Part shown: in pieces, positions 1 through 21,527 of the stretch
Layout: each line of letters begins with the position of its first letter
How positions within the stretch are numbered: the first letter of the stretch is position 1
Assembly (NCBI GenBank): GCA_963693365.1
Contig: CAVNZM010000005.1
Location: forward strand, 12,795,728-12,859,727
DNA from: Amoebidium appalachense
Lineage: Eukaryota; Protista; Ichthyosporea
Length of the DNA: 64,000 bases
Reading direction: 5' to 3'
Notes under the pieces: generated by a model
What the model saw: only the letters and a program-made list of their open reading frames with translations
What the model was told of the DNA's origin: nothing
The model's database searches: none
Made by a program: the position numbers and the translations under genes

Positions 1-232
1 TAAAACTTTGTAGCTTGAATGCAAAACAAAATACATCGAGCCCAGAAAGCAGATTAAGTTGGATATTGAGTGGATAGTACTTTTCTTTTTCCATGATGGT
101 TGTCCGGCAATGGAGTGGTCCTGAGATATAATGTGGTGTGTATGTAGATAACGTTTTTCGTGATTGCAAGTTCCAGTGTTTTTCCAGGAAAAAATCGGAA
201 AAATTGAGAGCTCCAACTTTGGGCAGTTGGGG

Positions 233-270
<38 letters not shown>

Positions 271-457
271 ATTCTTTTTATCTTCTTCCCCAACCTCCAA
301 CTCAGGTAGAACTAAGTCCCAGATTATACTGGTACTTTCTGAAAATTAGCGGTATATTTACTTCCGAAAACAGTGTAATTTCCTGCCCTGGCTCGGCATA
401 CCATGGCGTGTTGACACACAGTGCCCCGTGAATTTGGCTGTACAAGGCGAGACAGTC

Positions 458-460
<3 letters not shown>

Positions 461-515
<55 letters not shown>
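461..515. repeat. (TA)n microsatellite
   Basis: Perfect TA run. Confidence 0.95.
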
Positions 516-519
<4 letters not shown>

Positions 520-2089
520 GAACAACTTTCCTTATGCGCAAACAAGATATTAACGATATTATGAATCACAGCAAACAACCGTGATGGTCTGTGAACCGTT
601 GACGGAATATATATATTTTTAATTTTCGAATTCTATGGGGACTATATAGGCACTATGTCATGTATTTGGTCTGGGAAGAGCTTATTGTTTCTTATCGTAA
701 ACAAACAGCATCATAAGCTCCTGTATATCTGAGTTTCTATTATCAGCCTACTAGAAAAACATTCATTGAAACATACCTGGTTGATTCAAGATAATGTATG
801 GAAGGACATGCTGCAAATTCACAGTGGGAATAAAAAGTAAACTGTTGGGCCTAAACTGGTTTTGACCCCCTCACCTATGGTGTGACGCGGCTTTGGAACG
901 CTTTCACGTGAGTAGCTTTAGGTAAGCCAATCAAACCGTTTGTTATATTTGTAAACCATGTTGTAAACAGTTAACCGAGTCAACGGACTTTATGATGTAT
1001 TGTTTCGGAAGCAGATTGTAAACAAACTCAACCTGAATAAACGAAGTGCACTTTTTATATTTAGCTTATTCTTTATGCTGCACTTAAAAGCAAATATGCC
1101 ACACTTGAAAATGAAATATGAAACGTCTTGTCGATTCCTCCATGTGATATCTCGCAAAGATGAGGTGATCCCTCTCGGGCCAAAGCCAATCAAAAACGGC
1201 ATTGCGATCAGTATTCGAACGCCAATCACTTTTACGGATCTCAATAAAGAAAGCAAGTAAAGTGGCTCCCTATACTTCAATCACCTGATGGCAAACGTTC
1301 AACTCAGCCGGCACATGCCTAACTAGACCAATTCTCAGACAAAGTGTAGCCCCTTCCGTTATAAATTTTTTCTTCAAAAGTTTTTTTATCACTTCTCAAA
1401 TAATTTAAAAGTAGGCATGTCATTCTTTTTCCTAGAGACAAGCCTATCAAAGCTTGGTACAGCCTCCCATAATCAAAAGAAAAAAATAAAAAAAAAATCC
1501 TACAGTGTCCATGAACATGTGAAGTGGGCCTAGGGGGACTTCACAGCCGCGCGTGGGATACATGATGCATTGATGCGGCCGGATCCTCACTATGTTCTGG
1601 AGGAGTCACAATAGTGCCCTACCAAAGAATTGTTTGTACCAACTGTGAAGGTGAAAATCAATATACACTAAAATTTCTTCCGGGACCTCAACAGGTTCCA
1701 TGTTCATTTGAGCCACAGATTCATTGGTGGCAATCAGATGTCAAAAAGCTGCTTTTTGAGCCATTTGTTGATTGGTTGGTGACACCCTCATGCTTTCAAT
1801 GTGATTTTGCTATAAAGCTGCTAAATACTTTAGCAATGATATAACCATTCGTACATGGCTAGAATAAAGTTTCTGATGATTCTGAGATCAAAAACCGCCC
1901 TGAGAGTCCGGCATGACTTCTCAAGTTTCTTATTCACCTAAGGACTCGGAAGTCGGAACCGGACTAGTCTAGTGGACTGCCATGGTCCAACACAATTTTG
2001 GATTGTGATTAGTTTATAGTCATGCCACCTACTTTGCCGCTTAATGAGATCGAAGGTCATATGTCGTCATAATGAGAAGTTTGTCTCAG

Positions 2090-2097
2090 TATAAAAA
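2090..2097 (+). promoter_or_regulatory. Candidate TATA box of the PP2C gene
   Basis: TATAAAAA lies ~70 nt upstream of the ATG at 2164. Position and motif only. Confidence 0.35.
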
Positions 2098-2163
2098 TAG
2101 GCTCCCATCGAACGTTTCACCTTCCATTCAGTTTCTTTTTGTCTTGGGCATTCCACAGCTACC

Positions 2164-3399
2164 ATGGCGGCGCTTGTGAGTTCCTTTCGCCGGCTGTCTC
2201 TTGCGAAAGACAAGCGCAGGAAGTCTGACAGCAATGTGCCGTCAACTCACTCAGAAACAGAGTCGCTAGTGCCTGTAGCAGAGGTCAGGGGGTCGGGGTC
2301 TATCACACACACTAGCAGGATGCACGATGAAAACGAAGATAGAATTTGTGCCGTAGATGACTTCGTATACGAAGAGCTCAAGGTGAAGGCTGGCAGCCTG
2401 GATAGAGTGAACTTTGACACCACCACACGCGCGTTTTATGCCGTATACGACGGTCACGGCGGGGCTGAGCCGAGCGAATACGTTTCATCGGCGCTGCACC
2501 GAAAAGTGGCCGAGGAGTTCCGCTTGCGCAAAGCAGATACCCCCGTCACGCCAGCCTATGTTTCAGGCGTGCTGACGAGGGCTTTCCAAGATGTTGACCG
2601 GGAATGCTGTGAAAAGTTTGCGGAGGGCGGCACGTGTGCGCTGGTAGCGTTTGTGTATGGCAACGTGCTGTATGTGGCCAATGCTGGGGACTCGCAGGGC
2701 CTTCTGCTAGGCTACAAGCGCTCGCGCAAGGAGAGCAAAGGCACGTGGTTGCTCCGCGACCCCACCAAGCCGCGTGTGGTGGAGGTGCTCAACAGGCGCC
2801 ACGGCACTTCGGACGAGTCTGAACGCCAAAGAATAGCCCAGGTGGGCGGTGCTGTCATCAACGGGCGGGTGGGTGGTGCCCTGCTGCCCACCCGTAGCCT
2901 CGGTGACGTGCAGCTCAAGGGCCACGGTGTTACGGCAACACCAGAGGTGCGGATGTTCACGCTGGAGGCCGGCACCTCCTACTACTTGGTGCTGGCTACG
3001 GATGGCCTGTGGGACTACACCACCCACGAGAGGGTGGCCAACAGCATCACACTGGCGCACCACCGTGGCGCCGATAACGCAAGCATGGCCCGCAATCTGC
3101 TGGACCTGGCCTTGGGGTCGGCCACCCACGACGATGTTTCCGTTTTGATCACCGGGCTGGAGGTGTTCCACCGTGACGGTGACCAGAGTGAGGCATCTGT
3201 TCGCTCAATGGCTGCCGTGCCGGAGTTTCTCCGCTCACCCTTCAGTCCCCCCCTTAAGCCGGAGGGGCTGGCCTTTGGGAGCAGCCCTGCATCCACCCCG
3301 CTCGTGGAGGTTGCTAGGGAGTCAAAGGCAGTGCGTGCACCGGTTGCACGCAGGGAGCCAATGATCAAGCACACGCGCGCCGCAGTTGCTGTGCAGTAG
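2164..3399 (+). CDS. PP2C/PPM-family Ser/Thr protein phosphatase, single exon, 411 aa
   Basis: The ORF carries all PPM motifs in order: NEDR, FYAVYDGHGG, GGTCA, LYVANAGDS, TRSLGD, LVLATDGLWD and DDVSV. The start has a Kozak-like context (accATGg). Confidence 0.95.
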   Translation: MAALVSSFRRLSLAKDKRRKSDSNVPSTHSETESLVPVAEVRGSGSITHTSRMHDENEDRICAVDDFVYEELKVKAGSLDRVNFDTTTRAFYAVYDGHGGAEPSEYVSSALHRKVAEEFRLRKADTPVTPAYVSGVLTRAFQDVDRECCEKFAEGGTCALVAFVYGNVLYVANAGDSQGLLLGYKRSRKESKGTWLLRDPTKPRVVEVLNRRHGTSDESERQRIAQVGGAVINGRVGGALLPTRSLGDVQLKGHGVTATPEVRMFTLEAGTSYYLVLATDGLWDYTTHERVANSITLAHHRGADNASMARNLLDLALGSATHDDVSVLITGLEVFHRDGDQSEASVRSMAAVPEFLRSPFSPPLKPEGLAFGSSPASTPLVEVARESKAVRAPVARREPMIKHTRAAVAVQ

Positions 3400-6179
3400 A
3401 AGGCAGCTGTTGTGTACGTAGATATCTTCCGTGCATGCTCGTATGTAGATAGGTAGGTCGAAAATCAGGATGTAACCATTATATGACCTGAGATGGTGTG
3501 AAAAGCTTTTTTTTCCTTCGAATGATGGCTGAGTTGAAAATATTTTTATGCACGCTGGTCGTGCACGCTGGTCCTTGCAAGAAATAAAGTACCATGATTT
3601 CAGCACATCCCCGGTTATGTTTTTGAATATCTCGACACGCACATTGCCTCGTAAACGTGCATGCACCCCTATTACTCTGTGGAAATGCTTCAGATCCGAA
3701 CTATGCGGTTTCAAGATCTCTACGTACCACGTGAACACTTGTGTCGATACCATGGTGTACAAAGTGTACCATATAGGGACGCCTGAAACGTTCGGAGCAC
3801 CGTGCTGCACCCACAATGCCATGTGCGAGGAAACCAGCGTGTGATGCCTCGCATGAGTCGGTTGTAGACGGGCAGCGAAGGTGTCTTAACATCTTGCAGT
3901 AAAGGGCCCATCAGGCCAGTACAGCGTTACTAAGTAATAATAATGATATAATAATAAAAAACGTTTGCACCATTAACGTTATAACATGGTGAAGTGTCCA
4001 TCTGATTCATTGAAAAAAAGTTGGGAGCGAGAAAAGCACAAATTAACTTAAAGTTTCAAATCATTTGTATCACTGTAGGCAACTCAGCAGCACATTCCTC
4101 AACCACCACAGGTTACACTCTTCCTCCTTTTTCGAGAAAAAAAAGTGCATATGTGCACATATATTATTGGAGCCCTTTTAGAAAAGGATTCTTGTTTCAA
4201 AGTGGGGAGGATTGGGGGGGGGAGGGGGTGGGGAGGGGGAGGGGGGAGAGGGTGGGGGGAAGGGGGGGGGGGGAGGGGGGAGACCCCTCCTCCTCCGCTG
4301 GGTGGGTGGGTCCCCCCCCTCCCCAAGGTAGCACTGAGCAGGGGTGGGTGGGTCTCCCCCTTCCTCCCCCTTTTCCCCCCAGAGAGGGACCCACCTGGGC
4401 CGTGGGTGGGGTGGTGGTCCCCCGCCCCCTCCCCTCCCCTCCCCCCTCCTCCCCCCCTTAAACCCTCCGCTCCCCCTCCTCCCCCAACCCCACCCCCCCA
4501 CCCTCCTCCTCCCCTCTCGCGTGCGCATGGCCAAACATCTCTTTTCTACCCAACCTAACACTGCAGTTTATTACAATCAAACAATTAAACTATGCATCTT
4601 TAGGCACCAGACTATCGATGGTGCACTCGCCGTGCAGTGTTTGTGTACGTGCACGTGTGGCGCGGACTGTATGTGTCTGCGTATACGTGGGGTGTGATGT
4701 AGTGTTTTGTATCATCGAAGTTTCATGATCAGGGAGCATGTCTGGTGCGCATAGTTCAGGCGGCTGGTTTGTGCACCTCGTGTGCGTGTGTGGTACCTAC
4801 ATGTGTGCGCAGGTCCGTGTGAATTAAACACTGTTTTATATGTGTGTGTGTGTGTCACGTGCACACGGTGGAGAGAATGAACAGGTGTCTCGCCTAGGCC
4901 GGCGAAGGGAGAGAGGGAAAGGTCGGGGGGGGGGGGGGGGGGGGGGAGGGGGGGGGGGAGGGAGGGGGGAGCTCAGGCAAGCCGTTTGGACCGTACAGTG
5001 GGTGTATGTAGCCTAAGGATAAATCCAAAAGTAAGCTTCAATTTTTTACGTTTTAGGAACTTCTGGGAACCGCTCCTAAAAAAGCTACTACTGTTATTTA
5101 CTATTATTTTTATTTTTATTTTATTTTATTATATTATATTTTTTTGTTGGGGGGGGGGGGGGGGGGGGAGAGGGGGAGAGGGGGGTTCCTTAGGGGCCCT
5201 CATAGGAGCTACCGTCTTCGACTAAGCACCGACCGTGCTACTAGCTAGCTAGGGTGCTAACAGTGCCGCGTGATTCAGCTAAGCTAATCGTTACCAAATC
5301 TAACTACTGGTACACACTTAGCCCATGGCTGCATAGGGTTTTTGCCCCAGCCCCTCTAGTTCGGAACACCATTTCTGCCCTCCAATCAAAGCCGACTGAG
5401 TTTTACCTTTGATTTCTCTATCAGAACGAGAAAGAAACTTATACTGCGTATGGTAATGACGCGAAAAGGCAGAAAAAACAGGAAGAGAAAAGAAATAGGG
5501 AGTGAGATAGCGAGAGGAAGAATCGGGTTGAAAGAGGGTAGGTTGAGGACATTCAGAAGTAGCGTTGGTGAATCGGGGGGAAAGAGGGATGGAGGGAGGG
5601 GGGGGAAAGAAAGCATAAAGAGGGTGACCATCAGGTATCCTAACTAAATGAAAACAAAAACGAAGAGACAATTCCTCCTAACCACGGCCATCTAGAAACA
5701 CCCTAGATGGCCGTGCTCCATACGACAAACAGCAGACGACAATCCAAACATACTGATTAAGGGAGGCACAAACGTTAACCGAGTACGAAACAAAGTGCGC
5801 AGCGCACAGGTATATCGATATCTCCGCCAAGCTGCCACAGGCGTTGATATTGTCGGTGCCAAAAACACGGCATTCTTTACCTGTGTCAGCAGATTTAGTC
5901 ATGGCGGCTTGTGGACTAGGTGGGCCTCCGGGGGGGAAGGGGGGGGGGGGGGGGGGGGGAGAGAGAGAGAGGGGCAGGGGGGCGGCCTTGTTCAAAGCGG
6001 GAGGGGGGTCTAGCTGTAGCAGGGTCCTCGCCTTCCCTCCCTCCCCCTCCCCCTCTCCCCCCCCCCCCCCCCCCCCCCCGCCCCAAGGTTACTACTACCC
6101 CCCTCTCCGTTTCAAAATCAACAATCCCTACACTAATATATATGTCGAAAACACAATGATGCGGCCCCCAAAAAATATA

Positions 6180-6219
<40 letters not shown>

Positions 6220-6963
6220 GGGATGGGGGGGGGAGGCGGGGTGGAGGGGATGGGGTCGAGGGGGCAGGCAGGGAAGGCATGCTGCAGATGGTTGTCTCAC
6301 GCGCAGTCTTTAGCATCAAACGAACCACACCAAGCTTGCAGATAAAACACCTCAGCCCTGCGCATGCCAGCATCGGATTACCTGCACCTCTCTCTCCAAC
6401 GCTAACCACTCCATCAGTGGATTGGTTGCATGCGTCATCAGAGTTGGCGCGCTGCCAGTGTCCATCTGTTACTTGCAATAGTTTTGTTGCTGGCGGGCAT
6501 ACCTAATTCGATTATCTTACACGTTCGAGTGTAGCACGAGGGATTCTCTTGATTTGCATACGTACAAGTATATACTTTCACGTCAAATGGCGATCAAAGT
6601 CAAATGGCGATGGCGATGCCACTTCGAACTATCTTTATGTAACACCCCCCATGGTGCGATTGCAAACTACGGGTACTTTCAGCCCAGGCGTGACTGTGCT
6701 GTGCACTGCAGTCCGCAGTATGTGCCACTGTTTCGAATTCACACCCACGCGCGAGGCGCACGTGCATGCACACACGTGTGGCACCGTGTGATTCATGAAT
6801 GATTCCTGAGGGCCCATTCCTATTGGCTACAGCCACTGTTATGACGTCATCAGATCTCAATTGCAATAGGTTCATGCAAGCCTTGGCTGAGCTGACACGG
6901 CCGTTGACGACAGGGGCCGACGGCTACAGATTTCAACTTGGAAGGGTAGGAAAAGGGGGGAGA

Positions 6964-7022
6964 GAAAGGTCAGGGAACAGAGAGTGAAAGAGGAAAGGTC
7001 AGGGAACAGAGAGTGAAAGAGG
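6964..7022 (+). repeat. 29-bp direct repeat x2 immediately upstream of the TrxR start codon
   Basis: gaaaggtcagggaacagagagtgaaagag occurs at 6964 and 6993. Confidence 0.85.
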
Positions 7023-7026
7023 CACC

Positions 7027-16277
<9,251 letters not shown>

Positions 16278-16346
16278 AGCTGCTGCGGGGTTAATGACCC
16301 TGCAGCGTTGACTTGCATGCACGTGACTCCCAGCCTATCAATTGAG

Positions 16347-16406
16347 GTGGCTCTGATGACGGCCCTGCCCTACACCTCGTAGGCGGGTGGGGCCCGATGG
16401 GGTCAT
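16347..16406 (+). promoter_or_regulatory. SECIS element (type II-like) in the TrxR 3' UTR
   Basis: The AUGAC core at 16356 pairs with CGAU at 16395 (GA/GA quartet). Helix II is 10 bp, GGCCCUGCCC/GGGUGGGGCC. There is an apical mini-stem CCU/AGG and a lower helix GUGGCUC/GGGUCAU. It lies ~70-80 nt after the stop of a gene with an in-frame UGA. Confidence 0.85.
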
Positions 16407-16648
16407 GGTGCGGCAGCCAATTACAACATCGTGTGCATTGCCATATATGGCAGCATGCCTTGCGGGACTTGTCTTTTGTGGCAAGTGCCCGGCAATCCAA
16501 ATAGAATTTAAGGAAAATATGGGGCCAGTGGCCCACATTCGATGTATGATTGTTGCGAAACCTCCCCCCCTTCCCCCCCCCCCCCCCCCCCCCAAACACA
16601 CATAAACACAAACCGTCATTCATACACCCACACACACACTTTTGCCCC

Positions 16649-16684
<36 letters not shown>

Positions 16685-17720
16685 AAAACAAACAAAAACA
16701 AACAAAAAACACCCACACCCACCCGCCGGCCTGCATATATCACACCTACAAAGCTGTCCCCCCCCCCCCTCCCCCCCCCCACCTCCCTGCCAACACACAC
16801 CAACCCACCTTCTCACACATCTTGTGACACCTGCCCCCCTGTCAAACACGCCCCTTTTTCTAATATTCCCATGATCAACCTGCCTTCCCCCCCCCCCACC
16901 CCCCCCACCAGGTCCGGCACCACGACCCTACCCCTCCGAACAATAAAGCTAGAGCACCTCACATGCACATTTCCTCCGCCTAGCTGCACGTTAGGTTCTT
17001 GTGTAGGTAGTGGCACTCGGGGGCCTTAGCTAAGTTCGATTGTTTGGATATTGTAGGCGGGAGAGCAAACACTTATAAAGGTTGTTCCCATATAACGGGT
17101 ACACCTTATTGGCACACAAACTCAGAACTCAAGCACCGCTTGTTGGCACAGCACCGTGACAAAGAAAACATCACAGACACCCAAATCAAGGGCATTACAG
17201 ATAGATGTGTGCATACATATGCATGCACACATCTATCTGTAATGCCCTTGATTTGGGTGTCTGTGATGTATGCATGTGCGCGTGTGTGAATGTGTATATG
17301 TATGTGTGGGTATAGTGGTGTGTAGATGTGTAGAAAACAAAATCTGGTCGGAGGAGGGGGGGGATCTCGAGAGAGGGAGAGGGAAGAGGGGGGGCAACCA
17401 CCCGCTAGTGAACGCAGGCACAGCTAGCATGCATATGCCAAGTCGTATGTGTAATATCAGAGAGTGCTCGTGGGAGAGCAAGGTCGTGCCGCACAGTGAC
17501 TTAACAAGCACATCACACACTGCAGCATGTTCCAGACCATTTCCCCCCCCATAGAAGCAGTCAAACCAGCAATCTTGCCCCCTCCCCCACCCCTCTCCCC
17601 TGCTCCACCATACACATACGGGCTTCCGCAACGACTGCTCACTGACCTTCTCGCATTGCTGGGCGCCCGGCCATGTGTCTGCCCTGCCCCCTCTTATTAT
17701 TAAAATTTCAAGCTGCCGTT

Positions 17721-18602
17721 CTATTGGCTGTGCCGCTGCACGTGGGCCAGCCACGTGCTAACCCGCTCGACCCGTTGGCCCACCCACGACCCGACCCGGT
17801 GCAGCCACTCGGGCCCACCGCACATCTCCACACGCACACATACGTAGCTCCGGTGGCGAGAGGAAACTGGGGCCGGTGTGTCTGTGTGCGTCTGATTGGA
17901 CTGTGTCGCTAGCATGGGAGCGTCTACACATGGTGCCGGTGGCACGGGTGGTGCAGGGAGGTCTTGCACGGAAGACTCTATTGCTGTGTTTGTGTGTCGA
18001 CGGAAGAGGGACAGCTGCAGGCCCCGTGTGCTGCACAGTGCCCCTGCCAGTGTCTTTCTGGCCACCCACACCCCCCACAGCCCTACGTGCTGTCTGTGTG
18101 TCCACTCGGCACTCACAAACGCTGCTGCTGCTGCTGGTATAGGTGTTGGTGTCGGGAGGGAGGGAACGGACGGTTTAAACACAGTGGCCCCTCCGCTCGG
18201 GCCATCTTTGCCCTTTGGTTTCTTGTCTCTCTTTTTGTAGAACTCATCCCACCGGTTATAGTTTATGCACTTGACAAAGGACACGGCCTCGCTGTAGTGG
18301 CCCTCTGTTATCTGCACGCTGTTGCTCATGAACACACGCAGTAGCTGCATCTTGCTCACTACACCGAAGAAGCAAAACTCGAACGTTTCAAAGGTCATTT
18401 TAAACCGTAGGCGGGAAGGACCCGGGGGTTCGCCAAAGTGTCTTGTTGTGTGGCCATGTTGGTCGACCTCGAAGTAAAACACACAGACCTCTCCACCCTG
18501 CAGATGCACCTCATAGCACACTATCCCTTGGAACCCTCCCTTGTATGCAAACGCAATGTAGTCGACAAATTCTTCGATGATTTCTTGCTCGCGTTCGTTC
18601 AT
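17721..18602 (-). CDS. Uncharacterised single-exon protein, 293 aa, with an N-terminal SCP2-like (sterol carrier/lipid-binding) fold and a low-complexity C-terminus
   Basis: Long ORF with non-repetitive, protein-like composition. PSRLRFKMTFETFEFCFFGVVSKMQLLRVFMSNSVQITEG resembles the SCP2 pattern (PD.TI.M...DF..L..G.L....AFM.GK.KI.G). Fold assignment is by eye. Confidence 0.6.
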   Translation of the reverse strand: MNEREQEIIEEFVDYIAFAYKGGFQGIVCYEVHLQGGEVCVFYFEVDQHGHTTRHFGEPPGPSRLRFKMTFETFEFCFFGVVSKMQLLRVFMSNSVQITEGHYSEAVSFVKCINYNRWDEFYKKRDKKPKGKDGPSGGATVFKPSVPSLPTPTPIPAAAAAFVSAEWTHRQHVGLWGVWVARKTLAGALCSTRGLQLSLFRRHTNTAIESSVQDLPAPPVPPAPCVDAPMLATQSNQTHTDTPAPVSSRHRSYVCVRVEMCGGPEWLHRVGSWVGQRVERVSTWLAHVQRHSQ

Positions 18603-19076
18603 GGTAAAGCTAGTACGTACGAATACGTGTTTGTACGGTTTTGTGCGTGCGAAAGGATGACTTGCCTAGTGTTTCTCTAATGGGTGAGTTTCATTCCTTT
18701 CGATTTGACCGTGTGTGTGTGTGTTGGTGTGGTAGCCGTGTTCGGTGTGTTACTGAGTCAGTGGCGGGGTGGGTCTAAGCTAAATTCGCGGAAGCTGAAC
18801 TCCAATTCCGTTTTTCATGTCCAGCACCCTTCAGGTCCATCCACACCCCCCGCACTGACTGACTGAGCCTTCGTCGGGCTGCCGGCTTTTTGTGTTGCGT
18901 AATGGGCCACGTGTAGCGGCTGCCGCCTTATTTCCGGGCAGTGTGAGCTGATCTGGCTCTGGCTCCGGTATCATTGTCCGGAATAACCTCCTCACCGTCA
19001 CGCAGGCACGACTTCACTGCCCGTGCTCTCGAGCGTGGCAGTTCAGCTGGGTGCCCATGTTCGGAGTTCGGTTGAA

Positions 19077-19503
19077 ATGGAAGAGGAGAGGACAGAGGGG
19101 CGCGAAAAGCGGCCACCATGGCGCTGCAGCGAGGCCTTTGAGTTTATGCACACCTGCAACTGTAAGTGTGTGAAGGGGTGGACGGGGAGTGGGGAGGGAG
19201 ACGGGGGCGAGGGAGCGGTGGGGTTGGGGGGTGGGGTAGGATTGGCTGTGGTTGTGTTGCAGATGTCGATGAGGATTACAGAAACGTGAAGATTTGGGTG
19301 TTAGAGATGGGTGGGGGGTGATGGAAGGGGAGGGGGGGGAGGGGGGCATGAGGGGGGTGGTAGGCATGCAAACGTGAGGTGGGATGTGTGCGAGCGCTTG
19401 GGGGTAGCAAGGTGGTGGCTTAAGCGAGTGGGTGTAAGTGTGGGTTTTTTAGTGGATAGAAGGAAGAACCGGGCGGGCTTTGCCTGTGTGTGTGTGTGTG
19501 TGT

Positions 19504-19560
<57 letters not shown>

Positions 19561-20619
19561 CTTGTTCTTTTTTTTTTTTTTTAAGGGAGGGGGAGAAGGG
19601 GGGTGGAGAGATGGGGCAGACACAGCGTGTTTCGTGGTTTCCTAGGCGTGTTGTCTAGTCACTGCCTGTGCACACCAGTGAAGAAGACATACGCCTAGGC
19701 ACGCTTCTCTGCTCATGTGGAACGCAGAAGGGGGTATGTGCATACACCGGCTAAAGGAGAGAGCATCCTCTCACTTCCCGTAACTTCCATGCACCTCCTG
19801 CCGGTCTTCTATTTTGCCTCACCACTCACGGACACCTGCTCACTTTCAACCTACCCCCCCCCCCCCAACCCCCAGCGCTGCGTATGCAGATGAAGGCCAT
19901 CTATCGGACAGGAGAGGTGCAGCAGTGTGGACACTTCTCGAAGGAGTTTTGGGCCTGTGTTCGTGCACGCTTTAGCAACCCTGACAAAGCATGGGTAAGG
20001 AACCCCCCTCTCCCACCCTACCACACACACACACACACAAAGGAGGAGTTGGGGGGGAGGGGGGGGGAGCTGACTCTAGATGTAAACTAAATTATTAATT
20101 TAGTGGATTTATTGAAGGGGAGTAGGTATTCCCGTGTGTTTGTTTTCTAGTCTCTCAGAGAGACTAAAGTGTCGTCCGTGGAAAAGGGCAACAATTCCAA
20201 GTAACCATGATAACCCCGACACGGGTATTTCTCAGCGGGGACGGGATGGTAGTTGTGAACATGAGGAGTTGTTGTTGTGCATTTGTGAAAGGTAGTTGAG
20301 TAAAGTTATCGAAAAAACCTCTACGGGCACCCTTTAGGATATGTACAATGAAGTTGTAAGCTCACACACACAGTCTACCGTTCACTTTTAATTCTGCCAC
20401 TTGCACTATCCATTTAGTTGAACCTGCTTGCACAGCAAGCATTGACAGCCACAACACAAACCACATCCCGAATTACCCTATCGAACCTTAATCACTCGGG
20501 CTTCACAGGAGAAGTACGAAGAGTTCCAGAAGCAGAAAAAGGCAGCCGAGCAGGCACACGTATGGGAGCTGAGGGAGTCACCACCACCTTTGTTTGCAAA
20601 GGACACACAGACGGAGTGA
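19077..20619 (+). CDS. Twin CX9C protein of the Emi1/C22orf39 (DUF3128) family, 3 exons
   Basis: Exons 19077-19161, 19876-19994 and 20509-20619 (GT-AG, phases match). They translate to MEEERTEGREKRPPWRCSEAFEFMHTCNSLRMQMKAIYRTGEVQQCGHFSKEFWACVRARFSNPDKAWEKYEEFQKQKKAAEQAHVWELRESPPPLFAKDTQTE. This has two CX9C motifs, IYRxG and VWELR..PP, typical of the family. Confidence 0.85.
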
Positions 20620-21137
20620 TGTCTGTTATTTAACTTAAATTTTATCCTTATTCTTATACTCGCTTCTTCTAATTGAGCAGCTACTTATTATATGCATGAA
20701 TGTCGTTCAACTTGATGGTGTGGGTTGGGTTGGTTACCGCTAATTAGTTGTGCTGTACATATCACGATGGTCTTTGCAGCACAGCATAAGTACATATGTT
20801 TGCACATTTTGAAACATGCATTTTATGAAGTCCAGCTGTATTCTACATATGGGACGGTGCGAATGAGGGTTGGCATGTCTTTCATGAATCATTATGTGAG
20901 GAAACCTCTGTATGAAATGCAGTCTGCTTGAACACATGTTCAAGTCGCTTGCTGGCCCCAACTATAGATTTTGGGGAAGGCATGTGGTTCTGAAGTATTT
21001 TAGGTGGAGCAGTAAATCAAAACCTGCAGGGTTGTGGTGTGTGATCAGATAAAAGTGTGTGTGTGTGTGTGCATGAAGCACTCGTGTATGTACTGTGTCA
21101 CAGTGGTGTGGGAACCTTCAATGTGCATTGGGATAGC

Positions 21138-21172
<35 letters not shown>

Positions 21173-21527
21173 GCCCCCGCAATTTAGCGCAAGCTGAAAA
21201 CAAAGGGGTTTATGCACTGTGTATTGCTGCGGACATCATGGGCCCAGCCTCACTTGTGACGGCCTACTGCGTTTTCCAGCGCAGCCAATCAAATGCAGCT
21301 AGTGACTTATGTACACTGTATGCAATAAAACAACCCTAGTATAGATTATGGATAAGCAGAAGCTAGCATTGGTAGCTCCGAGAGAAAGTTAAGACACCGT
21401 ATCACAATATCATACTGTGCAGCATTAATAAGGTAATCTAACACGGTCTTTTTATAACGGATATACTGGGGGAGAGAAGTAGAAAAGAGAATAAAGCCGC
21501 CCATAACCTACGGTTCTACCACATAAG

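Noticed and set aside
2266-3374. Overlapping alternative-frame and antisense ORFs inside PP2C
   Set aside because: They are by-products of GC-rich coding sequence and carry no motifs.
3322-3911. Cluster of 60-166 aa ORFs downstream of PP2C
   Set aside because: No domain signal or convincing splice chain. Likely 3' UTR or intergenic.
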